DNA from: Vulcanimicrobiota bacterium
GTDB lineage: Bacteria > Vulcanimicrobiota > Vulcanimicrobiia > Vulcanimicrobiales > Vulcanimicrobiaceae
DNA: 64,000 nucleotides
Direction: 5' to 3'
NCBI GenBank assembly: GCA_963714015.1
Contig: OY970223.1
Coordinates: 1,152,001 to 1,216,000, forward strand
Numbering within the stretch: the stretch's first letter is position 1; each line of letters starts with the position of its first letter. The notes under the pieces were generated by a model. The model was not told where the DNA came from. It did not search any database and saw nothing but the letters and a program-made list of their open reading frames with translations. Positions 20,888-30,053 of the stretch are shown here, one piece after another. The position numbers and the translations under genes are program-made.

Positions 20888-21772
20888 CTATTGATACGTT
20901 AACAGGTCCGGTCGCGGCGAAAACCGCATCACGTCGGCAGCGGAAAACATGTCGATATCCTGCTGATAGAACATCTTTAGTCCGATGAATGCGCCGTGGC
21001 GGTCCTGGCTTAAGAGTCGATACTTACTCATCTTTCCGGCGCGCGATCCGAATCCGTCGACGTGAAAAACGATCGCCAAATCTGGCCGAATTCGTACACG
21101 CTCGCGCCCCTGTATCATGTCGCTCGTAAATTGATGGATGATAAGAAGTTTCTGCGGCAAGCGGTACTGCCTGATCAAGCTGGAGAGATAGGCCGATACC
21201 GCGTTCACCGTAGCCGCGTTCGTGCTCCCGATTACATCTCCGGGCACTTGACCCGGACCCATGCTCCACTCCGAATCCATCGCGAGTGATACGTCGGGCT
21301 CTCGCAAAAAGCGCTCGAAGCGCTCGACATACGGCAAGAACGGCGCGCGGCCCGGCTGCACGTCGAGGATCAGCAAACCGTGTGCGCTGCGAATTATGTC
21401 GAGATACCGCTGCACGGTATCGTCGTCAATCGCAGCGCTATATGCATTGTTGATTCCCGGCGAGCGTTGCGCGACCACCGCGATCAGTTCGAAGGCTGGA
21501 ATGACGGGTTCTCCATACCGCGCATACGCCTGTGCCGTTCCCTCGAGTTTCGGCAAGATTGTCGCAGGCGACGCGGTTCCCAAAATTCCCATGGCAGGGA
21601 CGCCCGCCGCGCCGTAATAAGCGACGACGCGATGCCCCGGAAAGAGCACAGGCGGCGGAAAGGCGGTAGCGCGCGGTGTGGGAGACGGCGAGCGTGCTAT
21701 GCGATGGGATGGTGCGGCGCAGGCCGTCAGTGCGAGAGTTGTGATGAGAACGAACGCCGCCGTACGTTGCAT
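20888..21772 (-). CDS. Conserved lipoprotein
   Basis: Lipobox LTAC; RVVAYYG, PAFELIAVVA, LILDVQPG, PQKLLIIHQF, HVDGFG, GLKMFY. Confidence 0.8.
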   Translation of the reverse strand: MQRTAAFVLITTLALTACAAPSHRIARSPSPTPRATAFPPPVLFPGHRVVAYYGAAGVPAMGILGTASPATILPKLEGTAQAYARYGEPVIPAFELIAVVAQRSPGINNAYSAAIDDDTVQRYLDIIRSAHGLLILDVQPGRAPFLPYVERFERFLREPDVSLAMDSEWSMGPGQVPGDVIGSTNAATVNAVSAYLSSLIRQYRLPQKLLIIHQFTSDMIQGRERVRIRPDLAIVFHVDGFGSRAGKMSKYRLLSQDRHGAFIGLKMFYQQDIDMFSAADVMRFSPRPDLLTYQ

Positions 21773-21820
21773 GCATGCTTCATTCCCCGCATTGTGCGGA
21801 CGACACGTCGGCGGCCCACG

Positions 21821-24514
21821 TCACGTGGCAAGGTACGGACCGATGTGGCTGCGCGACGAGATACTGAGCTTTCGGTAGACGGATGCCAGGTGCTTCTCAA
21901 CCGTCTTGTGCGTTATCGAAAGACTATGCGCAATCTCCAAATTGGACCGGCCGTTTGCGGCGAGTGTAGCGACTTCGCGTTCGCGCGCCGAAAGCGTCGC
22001 GACGGCACCGTGCCCGGTCGGGCGGTCGGTTTCGAGTCGGCTGATGTCATACCTTGCGCCGCAGCGTCGAAATAGGACGAGCGCTGCTTCGATATCGCCC
22101 GCGACTTCAAGCGCGGCGGCCTCGAGAAGGGGAATTCGAAGGCGCCGAAAACCCTCGGCCGCTTTCTTCGCGAGCGCGGCGGCTTCGTCTTCGCGTGCGG
22201 TCCGCAAGCACACGATCGCATCGAACAAAGCAAGTGTGGGGGCCTCGGGCAATTCATCCGACGTATCTGCCGCTCGGACGAGGTATCCGCGTGCACGTGA
22301 CCGATCTGCCGCCTCACCGTAGCGCGCCAGGGCGAGCATCGTTAGCGGCTCGCCCCGCACCATTTCGGCTTTGGGAAGTGCACGGCGCAGCAGCGCAGCA
22401 GCGTCGTGGAGCCGGCCGCGGCGGACCATGATTTCGGCAAAGCCATAGCCGCACTCGATTTCCGGGGCCGCGGATATTGTGCTTTCGAATCCGTCGAACC
22501 ATTTGTGGATCAAGGCTTCATCATCTAAATGCGCCCCGATGACGGTTCCCGCCGCGGTCGCGAACGTCACATTAACGCGGTTGTCGGTCGTCGTCGGCAC
22601 CAGCTCGACGGCGGTACGAGCACGCTCGAGATCTCCGCTCAAGACATAGCAGAGCGCAGCCGTCGCATGAGCGCACTCTTCAGCGTGCCGGTTCCGCGAT
22701 TCGCGCGCGATCGCAAGCGCACGCTCGACGTTCTCGAGCGCTTCTTCATGCAGACCGAACGACGAAAAGCACTTCGCGCCGTTGTAGTGTGCGCCTGCGA
22801 CCGCCCCCGCGCCGCGCGAACGGGCCGCCTCGAGCCAACTCGCATGCTCGCGGCGAAAGCGAGCGACATCGCCAATCAGGGTGGCGACCCAAGTTGCGAC
22901 ATTGTGGAACCGAACTCGGATGTCGGACGCGATGTTAAGCGCCCGTGGATCGACTCGTTCAAGATGATATTCGGCCCGCGTAGGAGATCCTAATGTGGCG
23001 GCCAGCCAGGCGACGCCGCAATGGAGTCGACTTCGGGCCAAGTATTCATTGGAGTCTAGCCGTGCGAGCATCTCTTCCAAAGGGGCTGTTGTATCGGACA
23101 GGCTGATCGTGTAGGCAGTGATCGCCCCGCGGACTCGGCAGACGGCCTCGCGCTCGTGAGAACCCGCGCCACGAAACGCGTCGGCGGCGGCTCGGTACGA
23201 AGCCTCACCCTCCGCGGTCAACGTCAGCACGATACGGCGATCCGCAATCTTTTCCAGGATCGAGCCTCGTACGACCGCCTCGATGCCGGGTAACTCGAGC
23301 GCGCGTTCGTAGCAAGTAATGGCGTCCTCGTGAGCGTGGACGCGTGCAGCTTCGTCGCCGGCAAGCGCGTTATATCGGGCCGATCGCGCCGGGTCTCCCG
23401 CGGCCCACCAATGAAAACCGAGCGCTTCTAAAGAGCCCTTTTCTGACGCCGAGGTCTCGAGCGCCAGCGCGATCGCGCGATGTCGCGGCTGCATCTCAGC
23501 GTCGAGAACATTGCCGTAAATAGCCTCTCGCGTCAAGTCGTGGCGGAAGCGGAACAACCCGGCTCCAATTTCTTCGACGAGTTGGAAATCCCGCGCACGG
23601 CGCAAGGTCGAGAGCAACAGCTCTTCTTCGGTCTCCAGCGTCGTAGCGAGGAGCTGCAAGCCGAACGTGCGCCCGATCACCGCCGCTTGCGTCAGGATGC
23701 GTCTTTGAGCGTCGTCGAACGGGCGTAAACGCTCGAGCAGCGTCGCGCGAACCATCTGCGGAAGCTCGCGGTCTCTGGCAAAGCTGACGTGCTCCGAACT
23801 TTTCTCGACGGCGCTTTTGAGCAGCTCCTCGGTGAAGAATGGATTTCCGTCAGCCGCAAGCGCGACCGCCCGGCGCGTCTCTTCGGGTAACGCGATGCCT
23901 GCCAGCGCTTCGTCGATGAACGTTCGCAGTTCGGTACCGCGCAGCGGGGCAAGATCGATTCGACCCGCCCGCGCGTTTCGCGCGATCTTCGCGACGGCGA
24001 CAGTCGCGGGATTCTCCGAGTTAAGTTCGTCGGTACGGAATGACGCGATGACCAAAACGCGCATGCGCTGCAGTTTCGAGCCGAGATAGGCGAGCAGCTC
24101 CAACGTCGCCGCGTCGGCCCAATGCAAGTCTTCGATAACGACGCCTAGCGCGGTGCGTGAAGCAATCGAAGCTAAACGATCGATGATCGCGTCGAACTGC
24201 TCGCGCTTCGTCGCCGCGCCGAGCTCGAACGGACGTGTATCGACGCGCGCGAGCACGTCAATGATTGGTCCATACGGCCGGCTCGCGAACTCCAAGCAAG
24301 TGCCTTGACCGATTTTCCAGCGCGAGTACACCAGTGAGCCGCAGAACTCTGCGATCAATCGCGATTTGCCGACCCCGGCATCACCGGCGATTAGCACCAG
24401 GCCACCATGAGAAGAGGCCGCTTCGAGCCGGCGCTCGCGCAAATATGCGAGCTCCTCGCGGCGTCCTACAAATGGCCGGCAAAGCACAGGTCGGACGATC
24501 ACATCGGTCGCCAT
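21821..24514 (-). CDS. AAA-ATPase (STAND)/LuxR-HTH transcriptional regulator (intact, 897 aa)
   Basis: GDAGVGKS, VIEDLHWAD, GNPFF, winged helix FRFRH, TPR-like region, LSAREREVA..SNLEIA..ITHKTVEKHL. Confidence 0.93.
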   Translation of the reverse strand: MATDVIVRPVLCRPFVGRREELAYLRERRLEAASSHGGLVLIAGDAGVGKSRLIAEFCGSLVYSRWKIGQGTCLEFASRPYGPIIDVLARVDTRPFELGAATKREQFDAIIDRLASIASRTALGVVIEDLHWADAATLELLAYLGSKLQRMRVLVIASFRTDELNSENPATVAVAKIARNARAGRIDLAPLRGTELRTFIDEALAGIALPEETRRAVALAADGNPFFTEELLKSAVEKSSEHVSFARDRELPQMVRATLLERLRPFDDAQRRILTQAAVIGRTFGLQLLATTLETEEELLLSTLRRARDFQLVEEIGAGLFRFRHDLTREAIYGNVLDAEMQPRHRAIALALETSASEKGSLEALGFHWWAAGDPARSARYNALAGDEAARVHAHEDAITCYERALELPGIEAVVRGSILEKIADRRIVLTLTAEGEASYRAAADAFRGAGSHEREAVCRVRGAITAYTISLSDTTAPLEEMLARLDSNEYLARSRLHCGVAWLAATLGSPTRAEYHLERVDPRALNIASDIRVRFHNVATWVATLIGDVARFRREHASWLEAARSRGAGAVAGAHYNGAKCFSSFGLHEEALENVERALAIARESRNRHAEECAHATAALCYVLSGDLERARTAVELVPTTTDNRVNVTFATAAGTVIGAHLDDEALIHKWFDGFESTISAAPEIECGYGFAEIMVRRGRLHDAAALLRRALPKAEMVRGEPLTMLALARYGEAADRSRARGYLVRAADTSDELPEAPTLALFDAIVCLRTAREDEAAALAKKAAEGFRRLRIPLLEAAALEVAGDIEAALVLFRRCGARYDISRLETDRPTGHGAVATLSAREREVATLAANGRSNLEIAHSLSITHKTVEKHLASVYRKLSISSRSHIGPYLAT

Positions 24515-24554
24515 ATTCGCCGTACGGAGCTGCGAGCCTACCGTGGTTTCCTGA

Positions 24555-25109
24555 TTAGCGCTCGTCCATGACTCGCAGCTTCGTTGTCAGACGTTCGTAG
24601 GCGAGCGAATCGGCATCGAGCAGACTACGTGCGCGAATGTAGTATGTCCGGGCGTCATCCTGCGCATGGACCTCTGCGGCGTTGTCTCCGGCGAGCTCGT
24701 TGTAGAGCAACGCGCGCGCGGCATCACCGGCGGCCCAAGAATGGTACGCCAAGTCCGCGAGCGGCGCATTGACGGCGGCGCGCGCTCGTTCCAGCGCTCT
24801 GACAATGCTGCGGTGAAACGGACGAATTCGGGCCGCGGGGAGTTCTTCATAGATGATGTCTCGCGTGAGCGCATGGCGAAACACGTAGAACTCGCACGTT
24901 GGATTTTCCGCCGCGGTGAGTTGGAGTCCGCAGGCTTCCTCGAGTGCAGCCCGCACCTTCGATTCCGAACACGACGCGGTGGCAGTCAGCACGGAAACGG
25001 AGAAGCGACGGCCGATCGCCGCCGCCCGCATAAGGACGGCGCGCGCGCCGCGGTCCATGCGCCGCACGCGTTCGAGGACGCTGGATCGTAACGCGTCCGG
25101 AATATGCAC
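24555..25109 (-). CDS. Stand-alone winged-helix/arm fragment homologous to the middle of the adjacent regulator
   Basis: IPDALRSSVLERV..AAAIGRRF..FRHALTRDIIY..LAYHSWAAGD; probable leaderless GTG 25109, 6 nt after TATCGT. Confidence 0.85.
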   Translation of the reverse strand: MHIPDALRSSVLERVRRMDRGARAVLMRAAAIGRRFSVSVLTATASCSESKVRAALEEACGLQLTAAENPTCEFYVFRHALTRDIIYEELPAARIRPFHRSIVRALERARAAVNAPLADLAYHSWAAGDAARALLYNELAGDNAAEVHAQDDARTYYIRARSLLDADSLAYERLTTKLRVMDER

Positions 25110-25115
25110 AGCGTG

Positions 25116-25210
25116 ACGATAACGCAACGCCACGAGGCGCGGAATGGGGGGCTACCCTATCTTTTTGGGGGTGGCCCCCCCTACTGCGTCGTCGCCGCTC
25201 CAGTTAGCCT
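25116..25210. promoter_or_regulatory. Divergent promoter region with two conserved boxes, module 2
   Basis: Minus strand: ATAGGGTAGCCCCCCAT (25160-25144), 22 nt, TATCGT. Plus strand: TTGGGGGTGGCCCCCCCTA (25165-25183), 21 nt, TAGCCT. Confidence 0.7.
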
Positions 25211-25264
25211 TGGGCGAGACGGGCGCAACTTTGCCCTTCTCTTGTTCGAAGGAGAATAACGCAC

Positions 25265-26620
25265 ATGAGGACTTCTCGTTTCACGCAGTGCTCGCTTGCC
25301 GCGGCGCTGAGTTTGGTTTTTGCGGGGTGCAGCGGCGGCGGATCGCAGGTAACGCCGTCCGCAAATTCGGGCGTCATGTCCGAACCGCAAGTTGCCCAGG
25401 CGCGCACAATCTTCGAGCCCACTAGCACGCCGGTGAATTGGAGCCAGACGGATTTCAATTCTTCGCACATCGGCTTCAATGCGGATGAGAAGACGATCTC
25501 GACAGGCAACGTCGCCAACCTCAACTTCCTTTGGGGTCAGTCGGTGACCGATGGCGTCACGGGTTTCGCGCTCGTCAAAGGGACGATCTTTGCTCAAAGC
25601 TCGAATTCGTCGGGGCCTCCGATGCTCATCGCCCTGAACGCAACAACGGGAACTATTTCGTGGACGGCAAGAACAGGCGCTGATGGGTATCCCGAAAACG
25701 GGACGGTTGCTACCGGAGGGGGCGATGCGTACGTGGGCTGCGGGACTAAGGCGACGGGCAATCCCGGAGGAGTATGCGCTTTCAGTGAGGCGTCCGGGAA
25801 GCGACTGTGGGCCTACATTCCCGATTGTAAGTGTCAATTCAACGGTACCGTAGCGTCACCGCTGGTCTACTCGAACGGTGTCGTATACTATGGCGTAAGC
25901 GGTTTTCCGGGGCAATCGGATCCGTACGTCGTCGCTTTGAACGCGCAGACCGGAAAGCCGATATGGTCTTACGATCCCGGATCCGGAGCGCTCGGTAGTG
26001 CGCCTCTTGCCGTGAGTGGCGGGAACGTGTTCTTCGATTGCGTCACAGCAGGAAATGCCGAGGGGATCTGCGCCGTTAAGAACAGCGGCGGCTCCCTGTT
26101 GTGGCAGGCAACCACCGGAAATACGTCCACGGCATTCAGTATTGCGGCCGGCGTGCTTTACGCCAGCAACAATCAAGACGTCGTCGTCGCACTAAATGCT
26201 GGGACGGGAGCAGCGCTGTGGTCGTCCGCTGCCGCGGTCGGCAAGAGCGCATTTCCGCCCGCGATCGCGCTTGGCTCTGTTTACGTTGCGGGTAATACCA
26301 GCATTTCAGCGCTTAAGGCGACGACGGGAGAGCAACTCTGGTCCAATACGCTCGCGTGTTCGCCGGAAAGCTCCCCATCCGTTGCCAACGGCGTTGTTTA
26401 CGTCTATCAAGGTGGAAATAACTGCCCCGCGGTATCGGCCTTTGACGCTAAGACAGGGGCGCTGCTGTCGAGTATCACAACCTCAACTGCCTCGTTCGCT
26501 GTTTCGCCGGTCATCGCAAACGGAACCCTGTACGTCGCTGATGGTGTATGCGGAAGCCTCTGCGCCTACGTACCGAGTCAGGCGCTCAGACAGAGACTGC
26601 CGACGACCATTCTACGGTAA
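25265..26620 (+). CDS. PQQ-binding-like beta-propeller lipoprotein
   Basis: AAGGAG RBS; lipobox FAGC; WSQ.DFN..H.GFNA.E..I...NVANL; repeated ALNA.TG..W. Confidence 0.92.
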   Translation: MRTSRFTQCSLAAALSLVFAGCSGGGSQVTPSANSGVMSEPQVAQARTIFEPTSTPVNWSQTDFNSSHIGFNADEKTISTGNVANLNFLWGQSVTDGVTGFALVKGTIFAQSSNSSGPPMLIALNATTGTISWTARTGADGYPENGTVATGGGDAYVGCGTKATGNPGGVCAFSEASGKRLWAYIPDCKCQFNGTVASPLVYSNGVVYYGVSGFPGQSDPYVVALNAQTGKPIWSYDPGSGALGSAPLAVSGGNVFFDCVTAGNAEGICAVKNSGGSLLWQATTGNTSTAFSIAAGVLYASNNQDVVVALNAGTGAALWSSAAAVGKSAFPPAIALGSVYVAGNTSISALKATTGEQLWSNTLACSPESSPSVANGVVYVYQGGNNCPAVSAFDAKTGALLSSITTSTASFAVSPVIANGTLYVADGVCGSLCAYVPSQALRQRLPTTILR

Positions 26621-26786
26621 GCAGTGCTCCCGCGGCGCGAGACGGCCATTCCGCACGGTCAACCAAGAAGACCGGACGGAAGCGGTCGTTCGCGCGTAGC
26701 GGGGAGGCAAGACCGGATTTCGCAAAAAACCGAGGACAACCACAGAAGGCTGCAACGCTCCTAGGCATGAAACGGCGGTTCGCGCT

Positions 26787-27074
26787 GTGAGCGTGAAATC
26801 GTTAACTTGGGCCGACCGGATTCGGCGGTGCCGATTGCTCGTCGTTGCGACGTACTGCGCGGACGAATCGGTCGCGACTCATCCGGTGTTCGCCGACATC
26901 GCGCGGCGCACTCAACGCAACCCGTTCTCATCGACAACTCGTCAAGGCCGCGCTCGCGCACGATGCTGCCGGCGGCTATCCGGCCGACACGGGATCGTTT
27001 TCTCGCGACCATCCGAACGAGCCGGCGAAGTGCTCTCAACGCTGGCGCTTTTCAGATTAGGTTATTTTTCGTAG
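26787..27074 (+). pseudogene. Degenerate remnant of another AAA-LuxR-type ATPase
   Basis: RLLVVATY.ADE..HP, IARRTQRNPF, SERAGEVLSTLAL resemble successive STAND motifs, with deletions. Confidence 0.5.
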
Positions 27075-27143
27075 AGATCAGGATCGCTGACAGAACCGCC
27101 CTCCTGTCACGGCAGCGGTGTGCTGAATAGAATGCCTCAGGCG

Positions 27144-28823
27144 TTACGCTTGAGTGCCGAGTTGGTACGTAGTCACCGGCTTCATCGTCAGCCACATATG
27201 CGCCGCGCCGGCTTGATGCGCGAGAGTCTCCAGGACCGAGGCTTCATTCGGAAGATAATGAGTGCGATCGCGTTTGGGTCCGCAGGCGATGAATCCGGCA
27301 AGCTGCGCGCGGGCCGTCATCGGCAGAAGCAGCGCCCCCTGTAGCGGATGCGCCGGAATATCGCACTCGAACTCTTCCGACCAGCGGCGCAGCCGCAGAA
27401 CCGCAAGATCGTCGACGGAGAGCAGCGAGGGCAACTGATCGTTCCCGAAAGAAGAGCGCACGAGCGTGTTTCCGTCCGCGGTATAAATGGCGACGTAGTC
27501 GCACTCGATTCGCTGCCGGATCGTTTCGTAAATTTGCGCCAGCAAGTGTTGCGGTTCGGTGATGAGATCGATCTCGTGCGTGAATCTCCTCACCGCCGCT
27601 AGCGCAATCTCTTGCTTGCGGAAGATGACGCTGTTGAGCGCATGTTCGATGCGTTTGTGTGCCGTCGTCAGCAAAATGCCGATGCAGAGCGCCAGCAGCA
27701 CTTCAGCGACGAGTTGAAAGCGCGACTCCGCGAGCCATCGCCCGAAACCCCAGTCGGCCAGCGCCAAGATCGCAACCGTAACGGAAGTGAGAAGGCCGTA
27801 GACGAGAGCCCGGCTCACGACCAATCGAACGTCGAAAAGACGGTGTTTGAAGATGGTATACGCAAGCGCCACGGGGGCGAAGATCATCCACGCTTGCGTG
27901 GTATTGAGCACCCAGATCGGCGGTTCGATATTCGTGACGGCCATTACGGCGTCGGCGATGATGAGCGGAAGAAATGCGACCGCAAACGAAGCGACGATCC
28001 AGCGCAGACGGCTTTGTTGATTCTTGGGTGACGTCGCGTAGCGCATCAGCAGGACGGCGATTCCCGGTAGAAACAGCGCGCCCTGGAAGAGTGTTGAGGT
28101 CGATTGCACCCATGGAGTAATCGATGTGCCGAACAATGCCGGGATGTTGGAAAAAAGCAGCCACACTGCAAGCATAGGACCGATCGCGAACAAGGAGACG
28201 CGTTCCGCCACCTTTCCGAATCCCGTAGGCGACGCTTCCGGAAACCGCAGCGCAAATGAAAAGAATGCTACGGGCGCCGCCGCCGCCGCCAGTGAAATGA
28301 GGACGATAAGCGCGGCATACAGCACCGGCGAGAGATATTGGAAGTCTTGCCCGCCGTTCAACTGAAAAGAAAGCGAGAAAACATAAAACGCCCACGTCGC
28401 CGGCGTCGGGCGAACCAAGACGAGCATCGCCGCCAAGAGCGCATAAGCGACCAGCACGACGACTGAGAAAATATCCGTAACGTTGTCGCCAACGGAGCGC
28501 TCACGAATGTGCGAGACGACTTCGACCTGCTTCCCGGACACAAGGGGCACGACCATGGTACGTCCCGGCAGCGCCGCCGAGGCGGCCGTTGACTGAATGC
28601 GAGCTTCAAGCGACATCTTGGAAAAGTCCACGCGGTCGCCGGTATGCAATCCGCGGGACGCTGCGTCGTGATCGACGGTAGTCACAACACCCTGCGGATC
28701 GGCCGAGAATCCGATCGTGCCGTACGGATGCCACGGGTCGACGATGTCTCCGGCGCAAACGAAAAGCGCGACGAGCGTTAGCGCGACGACGAAGATTGTG
28801 CGGATGAACGACCGGGTGGTCAT
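27144..28823 (-). CDS. Multi-TM membrane protein with C-terminal GAF-like domain
   Basis: GLHTGDRVD (PDZ-like), FALRFP, YTIFKHRLFDV..V.SRALVY, LAGFIACGPKRD. Confidence 0.82.
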   Translation of the reverse strand: MTTRSFIRTIFVVALTLVALFVCAGDIVDPWHPYGTIGFSADPQGVVTTVDHDAASRGLHTGDRVDFSKMSLEARIQSTAASAALPGRTMVVPLVSGKQVEVVSHIRERSVGDNVTDIFSVVVLVAYALLAAMLVLVRPTPATWAFYVFSLSFQLNGGQDFQYLSPVLYAALIVLISLAAAAAPVAFFSFALRFPEASPTGFGKVAERVSLFAIGPMLAVWLLFSNIPALFGTSITPWVQSTSTLFQGALFLPGIAVLLMRYATSPKNQQSRLRWIVASFAVAFLPLIIADAVMAVTNIEPPIWVLNTTQAWMIFAPVALAYTIFKHRLFDVRLVVSRALVYGLLTSVTVAILALADWGFGRWLAESRFQLVAEVLLALCIGILLTTAHKRIEHALNSVIFRKQEIALAAVRRFTHEIDLITEPQHLLAQIYETIRQRIECDYVAIYTADGNTLVRSSFGNDQLPSLLSVDDLAVLRLRRWSEEFECDIPAHPLQGALLLPMTARAQLAGFIACGPKRDRTHYLPNEASVLETLAHQAGAAHMWLTMKPVTTYQLGTQA

Positions 28824-28939
28824 CAACGGCGGGCGGTCCCCTTTCAGGCCGTGAACTTCCTGTGTTTCGCGGTTGCATCCCCGAACCGCTGCCGGACGGG
28901 GCCGCGGCGGCGAGCTGGCGTAGTTCGCGCAATGAGTGC

Positions 28940-29110
28940 TGGAGATGGCCGACGCGTCGCGTCGTCTCCACGAGCTCCGGCACACCGTCAATTCGCTGCT
29001 GTTGGGAAAGGGGGGCGCCCCCAGTGGTCTTGGCCGAGATGCTCGGCCAGGAGCACGTGCATGACGCTCGACGTCTACGTCCAGTCAGTGCGCGTACTCA
29101 GCGAGCCGCG
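28940..29110 (+). pseudogene. Tyrosine integrase C-terminal remnant (older element)
   Basis: RLHELRHTVNSLLL..G..P.V.AEMLG...MTLDVY across frameshifts. Confidence 0.75.
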
Positions 29111-29218
29111 GTCGAGAAGACGACGAGCTCTCCCGATGTCCGAGCTTGGGAGTCAACTTGAGTTAGGGAGTCAGTAGCGGGTCAAATCTACTTCTGAGGC
29201 GATCGACCTTCGCAAAGA

Positions 29219-29252
29219 AAAACGCCCGATCCTCAATAGAATCGGGCGTTTT
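29219..29252 (-). terminator. Intrinsic terminator 3' of the att tRNA fragment
   Basis: AAAACGCCCGAT-10 nt-ATCGGGCGTTTT. Confidence 0.75.
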
Positions 29253-29259
29253 CAAATGG

Positions 29260-29302
29260 TGGAGATGGGGGGACTCGAACCCCCGACCCCTTACATGCGA
29301 AG
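29260..29302 (-). repeat. att site: 43-bp duplicate of the tRNA-Ala 3' half
   Basis: TGGAGATGGGGGGACTCGAACCCCCGACCCCTTACATGCGAAG identical to 59027-59069. Confidence 0.97.
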
Positions 29303-29414
29303 AATGAACCGCTAGCCTGGCGGATCACGAGATTTCGCAAAAATAAGTATTTATAAAGGTTTTCGCATTGGCAGCGTCCGCCACGATCCGGCAAATTCCG
29401 CCGGTTTCCGCTAG

Positions 29415-29436
29415 ATTGGTCGTCAATTGGTCGTCA
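29415..29436 (+). repeat. Candidate integrase arm-type sites
   Basis: ATTGGTCGTCA x2 (11-bp period); cognate GGTGGTCAA x2 at 58933-58952. Confidence 0.65.
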
Positions 29437-29504
29437 GCGGCAGCGCTATCGTAACGAGGTCAAAAGCCGGCCCCACCATTGCGTTGCTCTCTCCAAAGTG
29501 TTTC

Positions 29505-30053
29505 TCATTTTGTCGCAATTTTATTGAAGATTGCAGCAATGTGCTCCGCCATCGCGTCGCGTCTTTTACGTGAAATTTCTTTCATATTTTCAAGGCGCTC
29601 AAGCAACAGTTCTTGGGATATGTATCCTGCCTTAGCGGCCGCGGCGACGTACTCAAAATCTTTCTCGCGACCAGCCAAAAGTTTGCTAATTGCAAGATCG
29701 TGCGGCTCAACGCAAATTCCGCGAATCTGCGCACCGTTGCCGATCTCGACGGTGACGCATGCAACGCGATCAAGCCAACCGTCCGGAAGAATGGCAGTGG
29801 TTTCATCGACACCGTCTACATAGTAGCCAAACGTGTTGTGAAAATCCGAGCCCCATCCAATTACATTTAGGAGCTCGGATTTTTCAGGCGCGTAGAATGG
29901 ATAAACATCTGCTTCAATCGAGCGAATAAGAGCCTCTTCCGAAGCATCAGGATGAGTGCCCAAGATGGCTTGTGAGCCTATGACTACGAACACGGGCTCA
30001 TCACAAATGCGCGATGAAGCACGCAAGACGTGCTCTAAATCCTCGCGTTTCAT
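29505..30053 (-). CDS. DUF6036-like nucleotidyltransferase (putative toxin)
   Basis: VVIGSQAILG, SIEADV, FHNTFGYYVDGV, LPDGW..R, DLAISKL.AGREKD. Confidence 0.82.
   Translation of the reverse strand: MKREDLEHVLRASSRICDEPVFVVIGSQAILGTHPDASEEALIRSIEADVYPFYAPEKSELLNVIGWGSDFHNTFGYYVDGVDETTAILPDGWLDRVACVTVEIGNGAQIRGICVEPHDLAISKLLAGREKDFEYVAAAAKAGYISQELLLERLENMKEISRKRRDAMAEHIAAIFNKIATK

Noticed and set aside
19711..21065. Repeat pair as diversity-generating retroelement TR/VR
   Set aside because: Mismatches are not adenine-specific on either strand and no reverse transcriptase is present
29257..29302. Second tRNA gene
   Set aside because: Only the 3' half from the anticodon loop is present; it is the att duplicate
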